Below are positions 60,197 to 64,000 of a DNA stretch of 64,000 nt, one piece after another. A program made the translations under genes and the position numbers. A model generated the notes under the pieces. That model worked only from the letters and a program-made list of their open reading frames with translations. It did no database searches and was not told the DNA's origin. The first letter of the stretch is position 1, and the number at the start of each line of letters is the position of its first letter. Source of the DNA: Amoebophrya sp. A120 (taxonomy: Eukaryota; Protista; Dinoflagellata); the NCBI GenBank assembly GCA_905178155.1, contig CAJINV010000001.1, positions 282,344-346,343 on the forward strand. Reading direction: 5' to 3'.

Positions 60197-61087
60197 TCAG
60201 ATTTTTGATTCCATTCTGTCCATGGAAACTCGAAAATTATTCCTTGGTGGCTTCGAGAAGCCCGGCATGCAATGAGCAGGTGAACACGACAGACCAACTC
60301 CATGAAGATTTCGAGACGATCCAAATTGACCGTATGGGCTGCAACAAGAATGATCACTACCTGGACCAAGACGACGACTTCTAGCACAACCAGTAGCAAA
60401 AGTACAAGTTACGCAGCAATTATCTAGATTAGTACTGACAATCGAACTAGGCATGATGCGCCCCTGCCCCGGCACGATGTTCTCACTTTGCAGCCCCTGC
60501 GCGATCGCGCCGATGAGCCGGCGATTCGCCTCGTCGAATGCCTCTTGAAACTGCTGCCACTTCGCGTCCAAATCCGCACTGTATGAGAGTGCACAACTCC
60601 CCTTCGTCCCCCTCATTTGTATGGCATGAACAGCAATACAACCACCAACACAAGAGCAGCCTGCGTATCAATAGATTACGCGCCGAGTGTAATGCATAGT
60701 GCTGCGTATTTGTCATGCAAATCATGCCACAAGGCATCAGCTGGATTTGGGATTTTGCATTACAAATGAGGGGGGGGGTGTGCACTCTCATACACTGGCG
60801 CTCCGGTTTGACCGGTTCACTTTCTGCGCCTCCTGTATGCCCTCCTTTGTCTTGCTCAAATCTGCCAGCATGCTCTGCAGACTGCTGCGCGCCTTGCTCA
60901 CCCGCTCGTCCAAAGACTGGGCCTGCTCCAACGCGTTGCGGGCCGCCTCGGCGCTGCTGGAAGCTGGTGTCGTGCCGCTTCCGCTAGCTTTTTCCTCCTT
61001 AGGAGCTGCGGGTCTGGCAGCGGAGGGGCTGGAGGGAGACGAGCTCCCGGCGAGCAACGCTTTGTCCAGCTGACGTTCGGTAGACAT
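60197..61087 (-). CDS. Hypothetical coiled-coil protein (3' end uncertain)
   Basis: MSTERQLDK...ARNALEQAQSLDERVSKARSSLQSML...NRSAS-ADLDAKWQQFQEAFDEANRRL, in frame after introner removal. Confidence 0.6.
60582..60792. mobile_element. Introner family F (211 bp), TSD cactg
   Basis: TIR tatgagagtgcaca..cccctcatttgta / tacaaatgagggg..tgtgcactctcata. Confidence 0.9.
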
Positions 61088-61770
61088 GTTGACTACTTTG
61101 CCTTTATTGGTCTCGAGACGCAATATAAAAACTTCCAAAGGTGACGATAGACGAAGTTGGTTCTTGTGACGATGGATTGAAGCCAGGAAGAAAAAAAATA
61201 GGAAAAGGCTGAATCGGCATGCTGGAACATGAAAGAAACGAAATCAGAGTCGCATTTATTCTTTACAAACACAAGCACAACAAAAAGAAAACTTGTGCCA
61301 TTTTTTTCGCTCACATTCTCCTCGTTGAAAGTTACTTTTTGTCTGCCCAACCGCACCCAATTCTTTCTTGCCCCTTGTTAGTTCTTGCACTGCCACCGCC
61401 CTCGCCCCCCCCATATTACTTCATTTACATTTGAAGATTACGCAAGGAAATTCAGAAAAGATAGACACAAGCGATTTGACCGACTGTGGCCGGCGAGTAG
61501 ACACGCTCAGAATTGTCTCAGCAGCGACCGATGTTGAGCCGTTTTGAGTAAAGATCTTCGAATCACTTTGCGTTTGCCAGCTTTGACAACACCAACCAGT
61601 AACTGGTGCCTTGGAGAAAATGTACTACACCAGAAGAACAGCCTCGCGTGGAAACTCGGCCACATCTTTACAACTACAACTAGCAGGTCTAGATTTGTTT
61701 CTTTTTCAAGTTTTTGTCGCTGAAAAATCGTTTTCTTCATGATGTCGCGGTTGTAATGTCACATCTTCCC

Positions 61771-64000
61771 TCACACACCGAGCAGCTGTTTCTCGAGGTT
61801 TGCTTTGTGTAAATCTGAGAAGAGTTCGTGTCTCTCCAGGGCCTCGCGGCACGGGAATTTTCGTCTACAAAGGAGGCAGCAGAACTTCTCCCGCCTTCTT
61901 GTCATCCTGCCGTTGTTCCTGTCGTCCTCCTCCTCCTCCTCGGGCAGGAATGCGTTTATTTTACCGCTACGGCTCGCCGTGCTCTCGCTGGAGAGGTTCG
62001 TGCCCCCGGAAACGTCGTCTCCGCCCTCGCTCTTTCGTGGTTTCACTCCAAACGCGTTGAAGTTCAGGGTTAGCTTCTGGTTCCGGTTCGCGGTCGCCAG
62101 TTGGCACAGTGCAGCGGGTTCGGGCACCACGACCGAGTCTTGCTTCGCCGCGTTCGACAAAATGCAAGAGCCACCGTCTAGCGCAGACATCGCCGTCTTC
62201 TCCACGCGCTCCCGGGTTTTTTCCAAACCCTCTCTGTGTCCAGATCCATTCAAATCAAATCAGAAGTGAAATAAATTTTCGGGCGGTGGCTGCACACGAA
62301 ACAACTAAACGCAACAAACTGCGTAGTTCATCATACAAACGAACGACTCATTTTGCGAAAATGAATATAGTAGGTCTACCTACTGCTCTGGTTGATGGTA
62401 CTAAAGTACTTAAGACACTAGATCGAAAAAAATCCCTCAAAAAAAATCACAATCTCTTCCAGCAAGAGAAACTTTTTTATCGACAAAAATTCATCAGTAT
62501 GGTGAGTTAGATACACATCATCATGCTGTCATCAACCATTCATCAAAGGAAAATATGGAACCTCAGGAACATTTGCTTCACGCTGCTCTGGACAAATGTG
62601 TGTGGCCCCGTCGATAGCTTCGTGTTCACTCCCTATTGAGTTGTGTCAGTGTAAGAATTTATAACATTTGGAATGAGGTGGGCGAGCATGAGACGTTCAT
62701 CTTTTCTCCAGAATACGTGACGTGGTTAACGCAAGAGGTACAGGCATTTTTACTATCTTGTTCCCAAAAAGTGGCATTGATTCTATTTGCAGAGTGATAC
62801 TCTTATTCTTCATGATTTTATTTACTTCTATTCATTTTCATATTAACGGTCGAATGAAGCAAGCAGCAGCTCGCTCGTCGAGACTCGATACAGAGCTGCA
62901 TGATATCGGCTTTTTTATTTCGTGATGAAAGCTGATGAAGCGCGATCCGCGTTCTCGTTTTACACGAGCGTCGGGTGACTACTTTTTTTCGTTGCTTATG
63001 ATACGGGGCAGCTCGCATTGTGAAACATTCTGCATAATCTGCGGGAAGACAACTTTGGAGTCGAAAAGTTCTGGTTTGCTTTTCTGGACTTTACTTCCGC
63101 TGGTATCTACTACTGGTATCTGCTGCTCCGGTTCATCGACGGCCGAATAGTAAACAGCAGGCCCCTCCCGCCATCGCAGGTCTTCACTGAATTTTCTAGA
63201 AGTCTTGTTTGAAGGGAAGACTACTTACATGATCAGTACCTGATTCTTGGATATATTGACGTGTTTGGTGTCTTCCAAGTTGTCTTCCTCTTCCGACATG
63301 TGTCCAAAGACGTTCTGCACGCTCATCATCTTCTGCTTGGCAAGCTGTGCCCCTTTGTCGTTCGCGTACTGGAAGGCCAAGGCCGCCTGCTGGGCTTGCT
63401 GCGCCTGCACCGCCTGCGCTGCGGCGAAGTTCGCGACGGCGCTCACGTGCGCGAGTTGCTGCGCCGCTGCTGCCTGGGGAGAGTTATCCGAAAGCACAGA
63501 GAATTCATATGGAGGTAAAAGATTTAGGGCGGCAGAATGATGATTTTTTTCCTTGATACAAGTAAATCCAATTAAAATAACAGCTACGGCGCTCAAGGTC
63601 GTGGCAGCTGCATTTTCTGGCCGTGCGATCGATCCTGTGTTCGTGCCGAATCAAAATTTTTGATTTTTTATCTGGGCAGCTGCAGCTGTACTCTATCTAG
63701 ATCTGTTTTTGCAAGAACAACTCAGCACACCTTTTCAGCCGATGGGGAGATCTTGCTGTCCGCCGCATCATTCTCCTTTTCCTTTTCTCGTCGTAGTCGG
63801 CGTTTCAGGTGTTCCTCAAAATTTTCGGGCTCCAGCTCGTACGCCGGTCTGTTCTTGCTCTCCCGAGGACCAGCCTCGCGCGAGTCCTCCTTCTTGCCAT
63901 CTCGCTGTAGCTGATTTCCCCTCCGGTCGCGATCGCGCCCCCGCTCCCTGCTGGTCCGATCCTTATTTCGTCGGCCGTCCTCGCCGCGTGCACGGGAAGA
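61771..64000 (-). CDS. RBM5/RBM10-like RNA-binding protein, 3' exons (runs off the window)
   Basis: C2H2 finger CLLCRRKFPCREALERHELFSDLHKANLE, typical of the RBM5/6/10 family. Probable upstream exons at ~63240-63480 and ~63730-64000; their linkage is inferred. Confidence 0.7.

Noticed and set aside
1-64000. Autonomous transposase for the introners; dinoflagellate spliced-leader relics
   Set aside because: I recognised no DDE, tyrosine-recombinase or RT ORF and no CCGTAGCCATTTTGGCTCAAG match by eye. An HMM or exact search is needed to exclude them.

Overview
Eukaryotic, intron-containing alveolate DNA. An apicomplexan-type ARO gene, strictly co-directional genes and invasive inverted-repeat introns point to a syndinian dinoflagellate such as Amoebophrya; this is an inference. 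Every recognisable gene is on the minus strand: DnaJ, ARO, a membrane protein, a ZZ-finger protein, a split Ser/Thr kinase, anoctamin, GINS Psf3, a TTLL tubulin ligase, the CCA-adding enzyme, a GT47 exostosin, a Sir2 sirtuin and an RBM5/10-like gene, plus hypotheticals. The dominant system is 18 short (149-322 bp) introner elements in about 7 families. All start TAT and end ATA, carry terminal inverted repeats, and 17 of 18 have 5-bp target-site duplications. Removing an element plus one duplicate restores the host reading frame and conserved motifs, mostly without GT-AG ends. Other highlights: (i) the Psf3 3' end occurs three times (with introner A, empty, and with introner D); (ii) a Pol III cluster inside a TTLL intron holds a ~150-nt SRP-like RNA apparently lacking an Alu domain, a tRNA-Lys(CTT) with a 3-nt insertion and U6, and the SRP-like RNA and U6 share an upstream element; (iii) hairpin satellites, a MITE and overlapping perfect palindromes. 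Coordinates were read by eye; exon boundaries are predictions without RNA data.
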